Assembly (NCBI GenBank): GCA_964609085.1
Contig: CAZSRZ010000001.1
Span: 658-64,657 of the forward strand
Length of the DNA: 64,000 bases
DNA from: an uncultured bacterium
Lineage (GTDB): Bacteria; Armatimonadota; SYMT01
Reading direction: 5' to 3'
Part shown: piece after piece, positions 19,611 through 28,407 of the stretch
Layout: the number at the start of each line of letters is the position of its first letter
How positions within the stretch are numbered: the stretch's first letter is position 1
Program-made: the position numbers and the translations under genes
Notes under the pieces: model-generated
Seen by the model: only the letters and a program-made list of their open reading frames with translations
Database searches by the model: none
Told to the model about the DNA's origin: nothing

Positions 19611-21829
19611 GGGAGCAATTGCAAGCGCGTGACTGTCACCGGGGCGGTCGGTCGGAGGAGGTCGGGTGCCGGTCCGAGCGGGAGCAGGACGTCATACAGG
19701 ACCTCCTCCCGCCGCGCTTCGGTCAATTCGTTGAGGCGCTGCCGGCTGAGCATCAGTTGGTAGTGAGCCGCCGCATTGAGGGGGTCTACAGCCAGGGCGG
19801 CGCTGAACTGACGTCCGGACTCCGCATTGCGCAGACGGGCGAGTTCGGTAAGCCCCATCTCCATCCGCAGCCGCACATCCCGAGGGTAGCGCCGAAGAAG
19901 CTCCCCAAAGATGGCGGCGGCGCGGTCGGGTTGCCCCGCTCGCCGTTCAACGGCCGCTTCCCACGCCAGCCCCCGGTCCCGAGATCCGGATCGAGCTGCG
20001 GCCCGGAAGGCCGAGAGGGCGGCGGGCAGATCGCCCTGTGCCAGAAAGACCTGCCCGAGCGCCAGGTTCGCCTCGTCCGCGTGGCCCGGCATCGCCCCGC
20101 CCCGTAGTGCCTCGTGCAGGACCCTCACCGCCAGCGGATAGTCCCGGACCGTGGCCAGGGCCTCCCCGTAACTCCTCCACCGGCCCGGCACGTTGATGGG
20201 AGCGGCACCCGGGTAGATCGTTCGCTCCGCCAGCACCTGGTCGGTGGCCTCACCATACCGCGCGTGCCGATGCATCCGGATGCTCATCCTACCGACCCCC
20301 CGGTCCGGTAACTTGAGCTGGAACCGGGCCAGGTCGGCACCGCCGGCCGGAATCCTCCTGGTGGGGCCAAAGCCGGTGGCGCGGTCCAGTTCCCACCTCC
20401 GGACGGGCGCTCGCGAGGGGTCCGTCAGGATGGTGTTCCACACCGTGCGCGGACCTGCGGCCTGCGTCCTGAGGATCCGCCCCTCGGCATCCGCGAGTTC
20501 CACATCCAGCCACGCCCCCCGTGCGGAGGGGATCCCGGTGGGGAATGTGTGCCCGATGGCGGCGTTCGACACAGTTACATCGAGCCAGACCTCCCGGCCG
20601 GCATAGGCATCCAACCCGACTTCGGCCGGCACCGGCATCGAACCTGATCTCGTCGGCAGCCGCATGAAGGAGTCGAGAAGCAGGCCCTGCTGCCGTGAGG
20701 CCGGCCTGTCTCGGTGACAGGCGACACAACTCCGCACCGTCCGAGCAGCGCCCGCGTGGAAGATGCTCTCTCCCGAGTACGGGCTCGCCTGCCAGTCACC
20801 AAACTCATCGCTGAGCATGATGTAGTGGAACCCATTCTGCGCGAGGGACATGCCCTTGCGGTGACAGCCGGCGCAAAGGCGTCCGCCGGCTGACACCGCG
20901 CCGACTGACCACCGCCGCGCGTGCTGCGCCGGGGCGATACGAGCCTCCAACTCGATCTCCGACCGACTTGGGGCCGCCAGCACCCGGAGCGATCCTGCAC
21001 CGTACGCGGGCCCCGTCTCGACTGCGCCATGGCAGTCTGTACACTCGATCCTGACCGCCGCATGTTTTGGCGTGTCCAGACGTGATGGCCGATGGCAGCC
21101 CTCGCACCAGGCGGCGCTTTCCGCACCGTTCCTGGTCGAGAAACTGCGGAGCGCAGCTTCGTAGGGGGCGCGTTCGCCCCGACCGTGGGTGAGCGCACCG
21201 CCGGTGCAGTCCGCAGGCGAGTGACAGCCTGACCCGGCACAACTCGCAACCGTCGAGCCTTTGGCCTGCCGGGCCGATGGAAAATGCGACACCCGCGACT
21301 GATCGGGGACTGTCGCGGTCAGGAATTCATAGACAGAATGGGATTCGTACGGAAGGTCGATGGACTGGGCCCCGGCTTTCCCCCGAAGCGGCGCGAGGAT
21401 GGCAAGCAATCCCGCGCACAGGCCGATCGCCAGGCGCATCGGCCGTCGCCGTTCCTTCACACACCAACTCCCCACCAGCACGAGCAGGCCAAGTTGGATG
21501 TGGAGTTCGAGACTTGCTCCCCTATCCCTACCTCGGAACGCGGTGGCGGCCCCCAGGCACAGGAAGACGACCAGGGCTCCCGCGAGCAGTGCGCTCCGTG
21601 TCGGCGGCGAAGCGCGCGGCCAGGCGGACCGGATACAGAGGACCAGTCCAACGGCGTGCGCAAGCATCAGGCTGCCAATCAGCGTAAACGGTGCACCTCT
21701 GGGTAGCAGCGCCAGCCCGTAGGCAGGGAGCAGCGCGAGGCAGGCGGACACCGCCATTCCGCCTCGAATCTTCGCTCGGCCCCCCTCGGTTCGCCGCTTA
21801 CCGGCGTGCTCGCCCACACCGGACCTCAT
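19607..21829 (-). CDS. Membrane-anchored multiheme c-type cytochrome with C-terminal TPR repeats
   Basis: About 5 N-terminal TM helices. Canonical CxxCH motifs CEGCH, CTDCH, CAGCH and CVACH, plus one variant CAGSGCH (Cx4CH). A C-terminal TPR-like helical region. Overlaps the CRTAC1 start by 4 nt. An alternative start is Met25 (MAVSACL) at 21757. Confidence 0.8.
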   Translation of the reverse strand: MRSGVGEHAGKRRTEGGRAKIRGGMAVSACLALLPAYGLALLPRGAPFTLIGSLMLAHAVGLVLCIRSAWPRASPPTRSALLAGALVVFLCLGAATAFRGRDRGASLELHIQLGLLVLVGSWCVKERRRPMRLAIGLCAGLLAILAPLRGKAGAQSIDLPYESHSVYEFLTATVPDQSRVSHFPSARQAKGSTVASCAGSGCHSPADCTGGALTHGRGERAPYEAALRSFSTRNGAESAAWCEGCHRPSRLDTPKHAAVRIECTDCHGAVETGPAYGAGSLRVLAAPSRSEIELEARIAPAQHARRWSVGAVSAGGRLCAGCHRKGMSLAQNGFHYIMLSDEFGDWQASPYSGESIFHAGAARTVRSCVACHRDRPASRQQGLLLDSFMRLPTRSGSMPVPAEVGLDAYAGREVWLDVTVSNAAIGHTFPTGIPSARGAWLDVELADAEGRILRTQAAGPRTVWNTILTDPSRAPVRRWELDRATGFGPTRRIPAGGADLARFQLKLPDRGVGRMSIRMHRHARYGEATDQVLAERTIYPGAAPINVPGRWRSYGEALATVRDYPLAVRVLHEALRGGAMPGHADEANLALGQVFLAQGDLPAALSAFRAAARSGSRDRGLAWEAAVERRAGQPDRAAAIFGELLRRYPRDVRLRMEMGLTELARLRNAESGRQFSAALAVDPLNAAAHYQLMLSRQRLNELTEARREEVLYDVLLPLGPAPDLLRPTAPVTVTRLQLLP

Positions 21830-21847
21830 CCTACTCGGCCCAGCCGA

Positions 21848-22783
21848 TTACGGATTCGGGAGGATCCGGTGACCCGGCACACCGAGATCGAGGCGGAACA
21901 GGCCGCCGGGCTCCCCACCAGTCGCGTAGAGCGTGGCATTGGCAGGACCGGCAAAGCAGAGGTTGCTCGTGGTGACATTTCCGCCGTCATACGTCGCCAG
22001 CAGCTTTCCCTGCGGACTCAGCACATGGATCGACTTCATCCCGTAGTGTGCCACCCACAGCCGTCCATCCTGGTCCAACGCCATTCCGTCCGGCTGGTTG
22101 AACTCCTTGCCCGGTTTCTTCTGATTCCGGGGCAGATTGGCGAAAACTCGGGGCTCTGTCTCGGGCACGCCGGTCGCCTTGAGCGGGATCATCAGGACGC
22201 GGTTTTCTTGACTCTCCGCCACGTACAGACGCTTCCGGTCGGGCGAAAGCACGATGCCGTTCGGGAAGTTCAAGCCGGTGGCCACCGGCCGCATGGTGCC
22301 GTCGAAGGAGACGTAGTGGACTGCGCCTGTCGACTTCACGCTGTCGGTGAAGTAGAAGCCTCCCGGCAGGTCCAGCGTGAGGTCGTTGGGGGTCCGAATC
22401 TCAAGATCTCCGGATTTCCCCGTGGCGACGGTGCCAAGCACTTTCCCCTCGGCGCTCAGCCGCAGCACGGCCTTCCGGCTTCCATCGCAAAGCAGATGGT
22501 CTCCATTTGGGAGGACCTTGTGCCCGTTCGGCGCGCCTGTTTCCGCCCAATCCGACACACGACCGTCCGGGGCGACTCGGGTGACCGTTTTTCCGTGCGA
22601 GAAGAAGAGAGCGCCCGCGCGATCCACCACCACGCCCTCGGTGTAGTCCCCGGTGATCACGACGGGTACCGGCTTGATGCGGCCGACCGGCGGCAGTGGA
22701 GTTGTCGCCGACGCCATCACGGCGGCGGACAACGCGACCGTTGCCAGGGAGAGTTTCAACATCGCGATCCGGTGAGCGGTCAT
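21848..22783 (-). CDS. SMP-30/gluconolactonase/LRE-like six-bladed beta-propeller protein (secreted)
   Basis: Signal peptide. Conserved NG and DG blocks (NDLTLD, PNGIVLSPD, QPDGMALDQDGRLWVAHYG) typical of the family. Confidence 0.75.
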   Translation of the reverse strand: MTAHRIAMLKLSLATVALSAAVMASATTPLPPVGRIKPVPVVITGDYTEGVVVDRAGALFFSHGKTVTRVAPDGRVSDWAETGAPNGHKVLPNGDHLLCDGSRKAVLRLSAEGKVLGTVATGKSGDLEIRTPNDLTLDLPGGFYFTDSVKSTGAVHYVSFDGTMRPVATGLNFPNGIVLSPDRKRLYVAESQENRVLMIPLKATGVPETEPRVFANLPRNQKKPGKEFNQPDGMALDQDGRLWVAHYGMKSIHVLSPQGKLLATYDGGNVTTSNLCFAGPANATLYATGGEPGGLFRLDLGVPGHRILPNP

Positions 22784-22918
22784 CTTCCTGAATTCTAACC
22801 GAGTGATCGGTGCTCGTCGAAGTGGGGGCGAAGCGGGAAGGATTCAGAGCGAGCCGGGGAGTAACCTCCTCCTGCGAGCCAGCGCCGTGAGCGCAGCGAT
22901 TCCCCCGGAGGTTTTTTC

Positions 22919-24364
22919 ATGTCCCGACTCAGCCGTCGCGAACTCTTCGAAGAGTCGTTGTTCGCCGCCGCAATCGCGGCCACTGCCGGCGCCGCTCCCG
23001 CTGCGGCGGCCGAGACGAGATCGGCCCGAGTGGTGGGCCCCAACGAGCAGCTTCGCATCGCGGTCATCGGCGTCCGCAGCCGCGGCAAGGACCACCTCAG
23101 TGGCTACGCCAAGATGAACGACGTGACAGTGGCCGCCGTGTGCGATGTTGACCTGAGCACGGCGCCGGGGGCGGTGAAGATCCTCACGGACGCCGGCAAG
23201 CCCGCCCCACGCGTGGTCCAGGACCTGCGCCGGATCATGGAAGACAAGGACATCGACGCCGTCTCCATCGCCACCTGCAATCACTGGCATGCGCTCGCGG
23301 CAATCTGGGCGATGCAAGCAGGCAAGGATGTCTACGTCGAGAAGCCTGTGAGCCACAACGTCCGCGAGGGCCGGGCGATGGTCGAGGCAGCCCGGAAGTA
23401 CAGCCGCATCTGCCAGGCCGGCACGCAGATCCGCAGTATGAAGGGCTCCCAGGAGGCGATCGCCTACGTGCACGCGGGGAAGATCGGCAAGGTATCCGTG
23501 GCACGGGGCCTCTGCTACAAGCCCCGCCTCAGCATCGGCAAGCTGGCCGCGGGTTCCATTCCCGCCGGGGTGGACTTCGATCTGTGGCTAGGCCCTGCGC
23601 CGCTGCGGCCCTTCCACCAGAACAAGTTTCACTACAACTGGCACTGGCAGTGGGACACCGGCAACGGAGATCTGGGCAACCAGGGGATCCACCAGATGGA
23701 CGTTGCCAGGTGGGGGCTGGGAAAATCGTCGCTCCCGAAGCGGGTGGTCGGCATGGGAGGACGCCTCGGTTACGAAGACGACGGCGAGACACCCAACACG
23801 CACGTGGCGGTGATGGACTACGGGGACAGCGAGCTCATCTTCGAGACGCGAGGGCTAAAGACGGGCGATTACCGCGGTGCACGTGTCGGCAACGTCTTCC
23901 ATGGCTCGGACGGCTATGTGGTGCTCACGAGCTACACGGGCGGAGCCGCCTTCGACAAGGACGGCAATATGGTCGCGACGTTCTCAGGCGGAGGGGACCA
24001 CTACCGTAACTTCGTTGACGCCGTGCGGAGTCGCAAGCCGGAGCTCCTGACCGGCGACATCGAGGAAGGGCACCTCTCGAGCGCGCTGTGCCACCTCGGC
24101 AACATCTCCTACCTCCAGGGGGAGTGGACGGCCCTCTCCGAACTCCCGCGTGTTGCGACAGCCAGTGAGGCGGTTCGAGAGACGTTCGAGCGCATGCGGC
24201 AGCACCTCACGGAGAACGGTGTGAATCCGGCAACGGATCGATACCGGCTGGGGCCCCAGTTGGAGATCCGGCCCGGCAAGGAAGACTTCGGCAGGTCCCA
24301 CGTTGCAAACGCGATGCTGACTCGCCCCTACCGCCCGGGCTTCGTTGTGCCGGAAAAACCGTAG
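22919..24364 (+). CDS. Gfo/Idh/MocA family oxidoreductase with twin-arginine (Tat) signal
   Basis: Tat motif SRRELF. Rossmann start IAVIGVRSRGKDH. The family's characteristic EKP motif (YVEKPVS). Confidence 0.85.
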   Translation: MSRLSRRELFEESLFAAAIAATAGAAPAAAAETRSARVVGPNEQLRIAVIGVRSRGKDHLSGYAKMNDVTVAAVCDVDLSTAPGAVKILTDAGKPAPRVVQDLRRIMEDKDIDAVSIATCNHWHALAAIWAMQAGKDVYVEKPVSHNVREGRAMVEAARKYSRICQAGTQIRSMKGSQEAIAYVHAGKIGKVSVARGLCYKPRLSIGKLAAGSIPAGVDFDLWLGPAPLRPFHQNKFHYNWHWQWDTGNGDLGNQGIHQMDVARWGLGKSSLPKRVVGMGGRLGYEDDGETPNTHVAVMDYGDSELIFETRGLKTGDYRGARVGNVFHGSDGYVVLTSYTGGAAFDKDGNMVATFSGGGDHYRNFVDAVRSRKPELLTGDIEEGHLSSALCHLGNISYLQGEWTALSELPRVATASEAVRETFERMRQHLTENGVNPATDRYRLGPQLEIRPGKEDFGRSHVANAMLTRPYRPGFVVPEKP

Positions 24365-24567
24365 TCGCCCGTCGACCACGCCCTCGTCGGGCCCGCCGAG
24401 CCGGGTTGCCGGGCGATCCCACGGGTTTGCCTTCTCGGCATCGGTCACGAGAGGGATTCGCCCGCGAGCCAGGCAAATCTGAATCGTCGCCCACCGTCGG
24501 GGTGGTTGGATCGGCCGTGCCTGGTCGCTCGCTCCCCGGCGGTCCTCATCTGCTCGGCCGGTCTTCC

Positions 24568-26595
24568 ATGCCCCGAAACGTGTTCGCTCTTCCTCTCGCC
24601 CTGGTCGTCGTCCTCGGCGCATGCCTCCGAGTCCTTGCCGATGGCCCGGCCGACAACATCCCGGAGAAGGTCCGGCCTGTGCCTCCCCCCGGGATCTCGG
24701 TTCCCGAGGCGGACCGCGCGGCGCTACTGGCCGGCCTGGCGCAACTCGAGGCGGCGATCCAGCCATTGCGCTCGGACCCCAAAGCCGCCCCCAACCTCCC
24801 GGATGTGCAGATCTACCACAACGCTGTCCGCTACGCGCTGCAGTACGGAGAGTTCTTCAACCCGAACGAACTGAATCGCGCACGCACGCTGTTGACCACC
24901 GGGATGGAGCGGGCAGCCGCCCTCGCACGTGGGGAAGCACCCTGGCTGAGTCGCTCGGGCCCCACCGCCCTCGGATATCAGAGCCGGGTGGACGGGTCGA
25001 TTCAGCCGTACGGGCTGTACATCCCTGCGTCCTACTCCAGCACCGGTCAGGGGCGTTTCCGGCTGGATACGTGGTTCCACGGACGGGGCGAAAACCTGAG
25101 TGAGGTCAACTTCATCGCCGGAGTGCAGGCGAGTGGGGGGCAGTTCGTGCGACCGGATGCCTTCGTGCTTCAGCCCTACGGGCGCTACTGCTGCGCCAAC
25201 AAGCTCGCCGGCGAGACGGACCTGCTCGAAGCCCTCGACGACGCCAAACGCCGTTTCCGCATCGACCCGGACCGGATAGTGATGCGCGGCTTCTCCATGG
25301 GCGGTGCCGCATGCTGGCAGGTGGCGGCCCACTACGCATCCGATTGGGCAGCGGCCGCCCCGGGCGCTGGGTTCAGCGAGACGCCCGACTTTCTCAAGGT
25401 CTTCCAGCGAGAAACCCTGAAGCCGACTTGGTACGAGCAAAAGCTATGGATGCTCTACGACTGCCCGAATTACTCTGCGAACTTCTACAACCTGCCCACG
25501 GTGGCCTATAGCGGCGAAATCGACAACCAGAAGCAGGCGGCCGACGTCATGGAAAAAGCGCTCGCCTCGGAGGGGATCAGCCTGGTGCACATCATCGGTC
25601 CGAAGACCGGGCACAGCTATCACCCGCAGTCCATCCCCCTCATCAACGAGCGGATCGACAGCATCGCGTCCCTGGGCAGGAAACGCGTCCCCCGCCGGGT
25701 GCGGCTGGCCACGCCGACGCTGAAATACAACCGACAGGCCTGGGTCACTGTGGATCGCCTGGGCGCCCACTGGGAACCAGCCACCGTCGATGCGGAGATC
25801 GCCGATCTCCGCACCATCCAGGTCAAGACCAGGAACGTGACCGCGTTGACGCTCGCTATGCCGTCCGGCCACTGTCCGCTGGAGGCGGACCGTGAGATCA
25901 CCGTGCAGATCGACGGCCAACGGCTAAAGGGGGAGCAGGTGTTGTCCGATCGGTCATGGGTCACGCACCTGCGCCGCTCCGGGGATCTGTGGACGAAGGT
26001 GGCAGACACTCTCGAACCAGGGCTGCGGAAGGTTCACGACCTGCAAGGTCCGATAGACGACGCCTTCACCGAGAGCTTCATGATTGTGCGGCCCACTGGA
26101 ACGCCATTACATCCGGGGCTGGCGAAGTGGGTCGATGGGGAGCTCGCGCATGCCATCACCGAGTGGCGTCGGCAGTTCCGGGGCGAACCGCGGATCAAGA
26201 ACGATACCGACATCGGTGACGCCGATATCGCCGCCCACAATCTCGCGCTTTGGGGGGATCCCGGCAGCAATCGGATCCTGGCGCGTATCGCCGATCAACT
26301 CCCCATCAAGTGGACGGCCGCAGGCGTGGAAGTCGGCGGAAAGAAGTACCCGGCTGATCATGCCCCGGTTCTCATCTTCCCGAATCCGCTTAACCCACGC
26401 CACTACGTCGTACTCAACAGCGGCTTTACCTACCGCGAGTACGACTACCTGAACAACGCCCGTCAGGTGCCGAAGCTCCCTGACTGGGCCATCGTGGACA
26501 CCACCAGCCCTCCGAACAGTCGCTATCCGGGCAAGATTGCGGACGCCGGGTTCTTCGGGGAACGGTGGGAATGGCGGCCCCAACCCCGCCTCTGA
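24568..26595 (+). CDS. Secreted alpha/beta-hydrolase (esterase/peptidase S9-like) with large C-terminal extension
   Basis: Signal peptide from the internal Met MPRNVFALPLAL. Nucleophile elbow GFSMGG (GxSxG). About 675 aa. Confidence 0.7.
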   Translation: MPRNVFALPLALVVVLGACLRVLADGPADNIPEKVRPVPPPGISVPEADRAALLAGLAQLEAAIQPLRSDPKAAPNLPDVQIYHNAVRYALQYGEFFNPNELNRARTLLTTGMERAAALARGEAPWLSRSGPTALGYQSRVDGSIQPYGLYIPASYSSTGQGRFRLDTWFHGRGENLSEVNFIAGVQASGGQFVRPDAFVLQPYGRYCCANKLAGETDLLEALDDAKRRFRIDPDRIVMRGFSMGGAACWQVAAHYASDWAAAAPGAGFSETPDFLKVFQRETLKPTWYEQKLWMLYDCPNYSANFYNLPTVAYSGEIDNQKQAADVMEKALASEGISLVHIIGPKTGHSYHPQSIPLINERIDSIASLGRKRVPRRVRLATPTLKYNRQAWVTVDRLGAHWEPATVDAEIADLRTIQVKTRNVTALTLAMPSGHCPLEADREITVQIDGQRLKGEQVLSDRSWVTHLRRSGDLWTKVADTLEPGLRKVHDLQGPIDDAFTESFMIVRPTGTPLHPGLAKWVDGELAHAITEWRRQFRGEPRIKNDTDIGDADIAAHNLALWGDPGSNRILARIADQLPIKWTAAGVEVGGKKYPADHAPVLIFPNPLNPRHYVVLNSGFTYREYDYLNNARQVPKLPDWAIVDTTSPPNSRYPGKIADAGFFGERWEWRPQPRL

Positions 26596-26711
26596 CCCGG
26601 CCGTCGGCCCGAAACCCGGCAGCTCAAAAACTCGTTTGCATGTTTGGTGGACGACGGGTCTCTCCCCGGGTATGATAAACGCGAACATCTGTTCCGGGAA
26701 CGGAGGACGCG

Positions 26712-27026
26712 ATGGCCAGGGTGATGACGCAACGGAATGGGAACAAGGGACGCACGCGCAGGGCTCAACAGCAGGCACTTCCGCTCGATGTGCCTTGCTA
26801 CCAGGAATTACTGCAGTCGGTACTCCTCAGCAGCGCTTCGCTGCTCGAGATGCTCGACCACGTGGAGCGAACACACTGGGAAGATCGGTTCCGCGGTTAC
26901 CGGGATGAAGTCGCGGCGCTGCGCACCACGCGAGAAGCCACGGAACCGTTCGTGATGCGAGATCCGGCCGAGGAACTCCAGGGTGAGGCATTGCGCAACG
27001 AGGTGTTGACGCTGTTCGCCGCTTGA
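26712..27026 (+). CDS. Hypothetical small protein (104 aa)
   Basis: GGAGG-type ribosome-binding site 7 nt upstream of the ATG. Non-repetitive composition. No recognised motif. Confidence 0.45.
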   Translation: MARVMTQRNGNKGRTRRAQQQALPLDVPCYQELLQSVLLSSASLLEMLDHVERTHWEDRFRGYRDEVAALRTTREATEPFVMRDPAEELQGEALRNEVLTLFAA

Positions 27027-27159
27027 GGTGGAGGTCCGGCTCCGGGCAGCCTTGCGGCAGTTGGTGAGATGGCTGCCCGGGAGGACGAACAGGGCTGCCC
27101 GGTGGAACCTGTCGTGGGGCGGATCTCCGCCCGACTAGCACGTCAGGAACCGCCGCCTC

Positions 27160-28407
27160 GTGAGGTTCATCTTCCTGGGTACCGGGGGGTCCATCGTCAC
27201 CCCCACCCGCCACACTTCCGGGGTCTATCTCCCCGAGCTAGGGCTCCTGCTGGACGCCGGGAGCAACGTCTTCGCGTTGCGGCGGTTGCACGGCAACCGG
27301 CCGCTGCGAGTGCTGATGTCCCACTTCCATCTAGATCACAGCCTCGGCCTCTTCTTCCTGGCCGCCGGGTTGTTCCATGGAAGGGACGCGGACGTTTCGA
27401 TGGATGTGTGGGGACCCGAGAACGCCGGGGCTTTTGCCTCGATGGCGGGCCCCGACAGCCCGATCTGGCCGGTCCCCCTCCCCATCCGCCTGCACGTCGC
27501 GGGGGCGGACTTCCAGATCGATGGAACCCGTGTGCGGTCTCATGCTGTCCCGCATCACGGACCGTGCCTCGCCTACCGTCTGGATTTCGAGGACGGAACT
27601 TCGCTCGCCTACGTGACGGATACCTCCGCCCCGGGCGATTACCTCGATTTCGTTCGCGGCGCCGATGTCCTCATCCACGAGTGCGCCTTCGCCGATGAAG
27701 AGACGGAAATCGCTCGCGTGACCCAGCACTCGACGGCATCTGCCGTTGCGAGGGTGGCGCGAGAAGCTGCGGTGGGGGCACTCTACCTCTCGCACATGGG
27801 TCCGCTCTACCACGGACTTGAGCTACTCGACGCCGTGAGAGAAATCTTCCCGGGCGCCATACTGCCGGTGGAAGGCGTCAGCTACCCCTGTGAGGTCGCG
27901 CTCGACGCTACCCGAGCCATTTTCCCCGGGAGCTTCGACCCCCTCACAGCCGGCCACCTGGACATCATCCGCTCGTGCGGCGAGATGTTTCGCAGCCTGG
28001 ATGTGGTCGTGGCAAGGAACCCTGCCAAGGACGCCGGCGCCCTGTTCACGGCCGAAGAGAGGGTTGAGTTGATCCGCAGGTGCGTGCCTGCGGAGGTACG
28101 TGTGGCCGCCTGGGAGGGTCTGACCGTCGACTATGCCCGCCGTGTTCAGGCCGGTCGGATCGTCCGTGGTCTGGGCCGGGCAGAAGACTACTTCGGCGAG
28201 ATCCGGCTCTGGAAGACCAATTCCCTCCTGCAGCCTGAGATCCACACCGTCTGGGTGCCGCCGGATCCCGCTCATCTGGACGTCTCCTCCTCGATGATCA
28301 AAGAGGCAGGTCTTCTGGGAGGCTGGGCGGGCGTGAGGCACCTGATACCGGCACCCATCCGAGCGGACGTGGAAGCCAGGCTGGCTAGCCGGCGGGGGTC
28401 AAGTTAG
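27160..28407 (+). CDS. coaD: Bifunctional fusion: N-terminal MBL-fold metallo-hydrolase domain plus C-terminal phosphopantetheine adenylyltransferase (CoaD)
   Basis: N-terminal HFHLDH motif (HxHxDH) in a roughly 250-aa MBL-like domain. From about residue 255 there is a complete CoaD signature: IFPGSFDPLTAGHLDII, FTAEERVELIRR, SSSMIKE. There is no stop and no alternative start codon between the two parts. Confidence 0.8.
   Translation: MRFIFLGTGGSIVTPTRHTSGVYLPELGLLLDAGSNVFALRRLHGNRPLRVLMSHFHLDHSLGLFFLAAGLFHGRDADVSMDVWGPENAGAFASMAGPDSPIWPVPLPIRLHVAGADFQIDGTRVRSHAVPHHGPCLAYRLDFEDGTSLAYVTDTSAPGDYLDFVRGADVLIHECAFADEETEIARVTQHSTASAVARVAREAAVGALYLSHMGPLYHGLELLDAVREIFPGAILPVEGVSYPCEVALDATRAIFPGSFDPLTAGHLDIIRSCGEMFRSLDVVVARNPAKDAGALFTAEERVELIRRCVPAEVRVAAWEGLTVDYARRVQAGRIVRGLGRAEDYFGEIRLWKTNSLLQPEIHTVWVPPDPAHLDVSSSMIKEAGLLGGWAGVRHLIPAPIRADVEARLASRRGSS

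Noticed and set aside
20575-21249. Several ORFs on both strands inside the multiheme cytochrome gene (for example 20575..21249, 20805..21242, 21284..21706)
   Set aside because: Alternative frames or antisense. Only the chosen frame carries the CxxCH motifs and TM helices.
22795-22918. Possible regulatory or ncRNA element in the divergent SMP-30 / Gfo-Idh intergenic region
   Set aside because: It contains only a Shine-Dalgarno-like GGAGG before the Gfo/Idh start. No repeat or structured element could be identified by eye.
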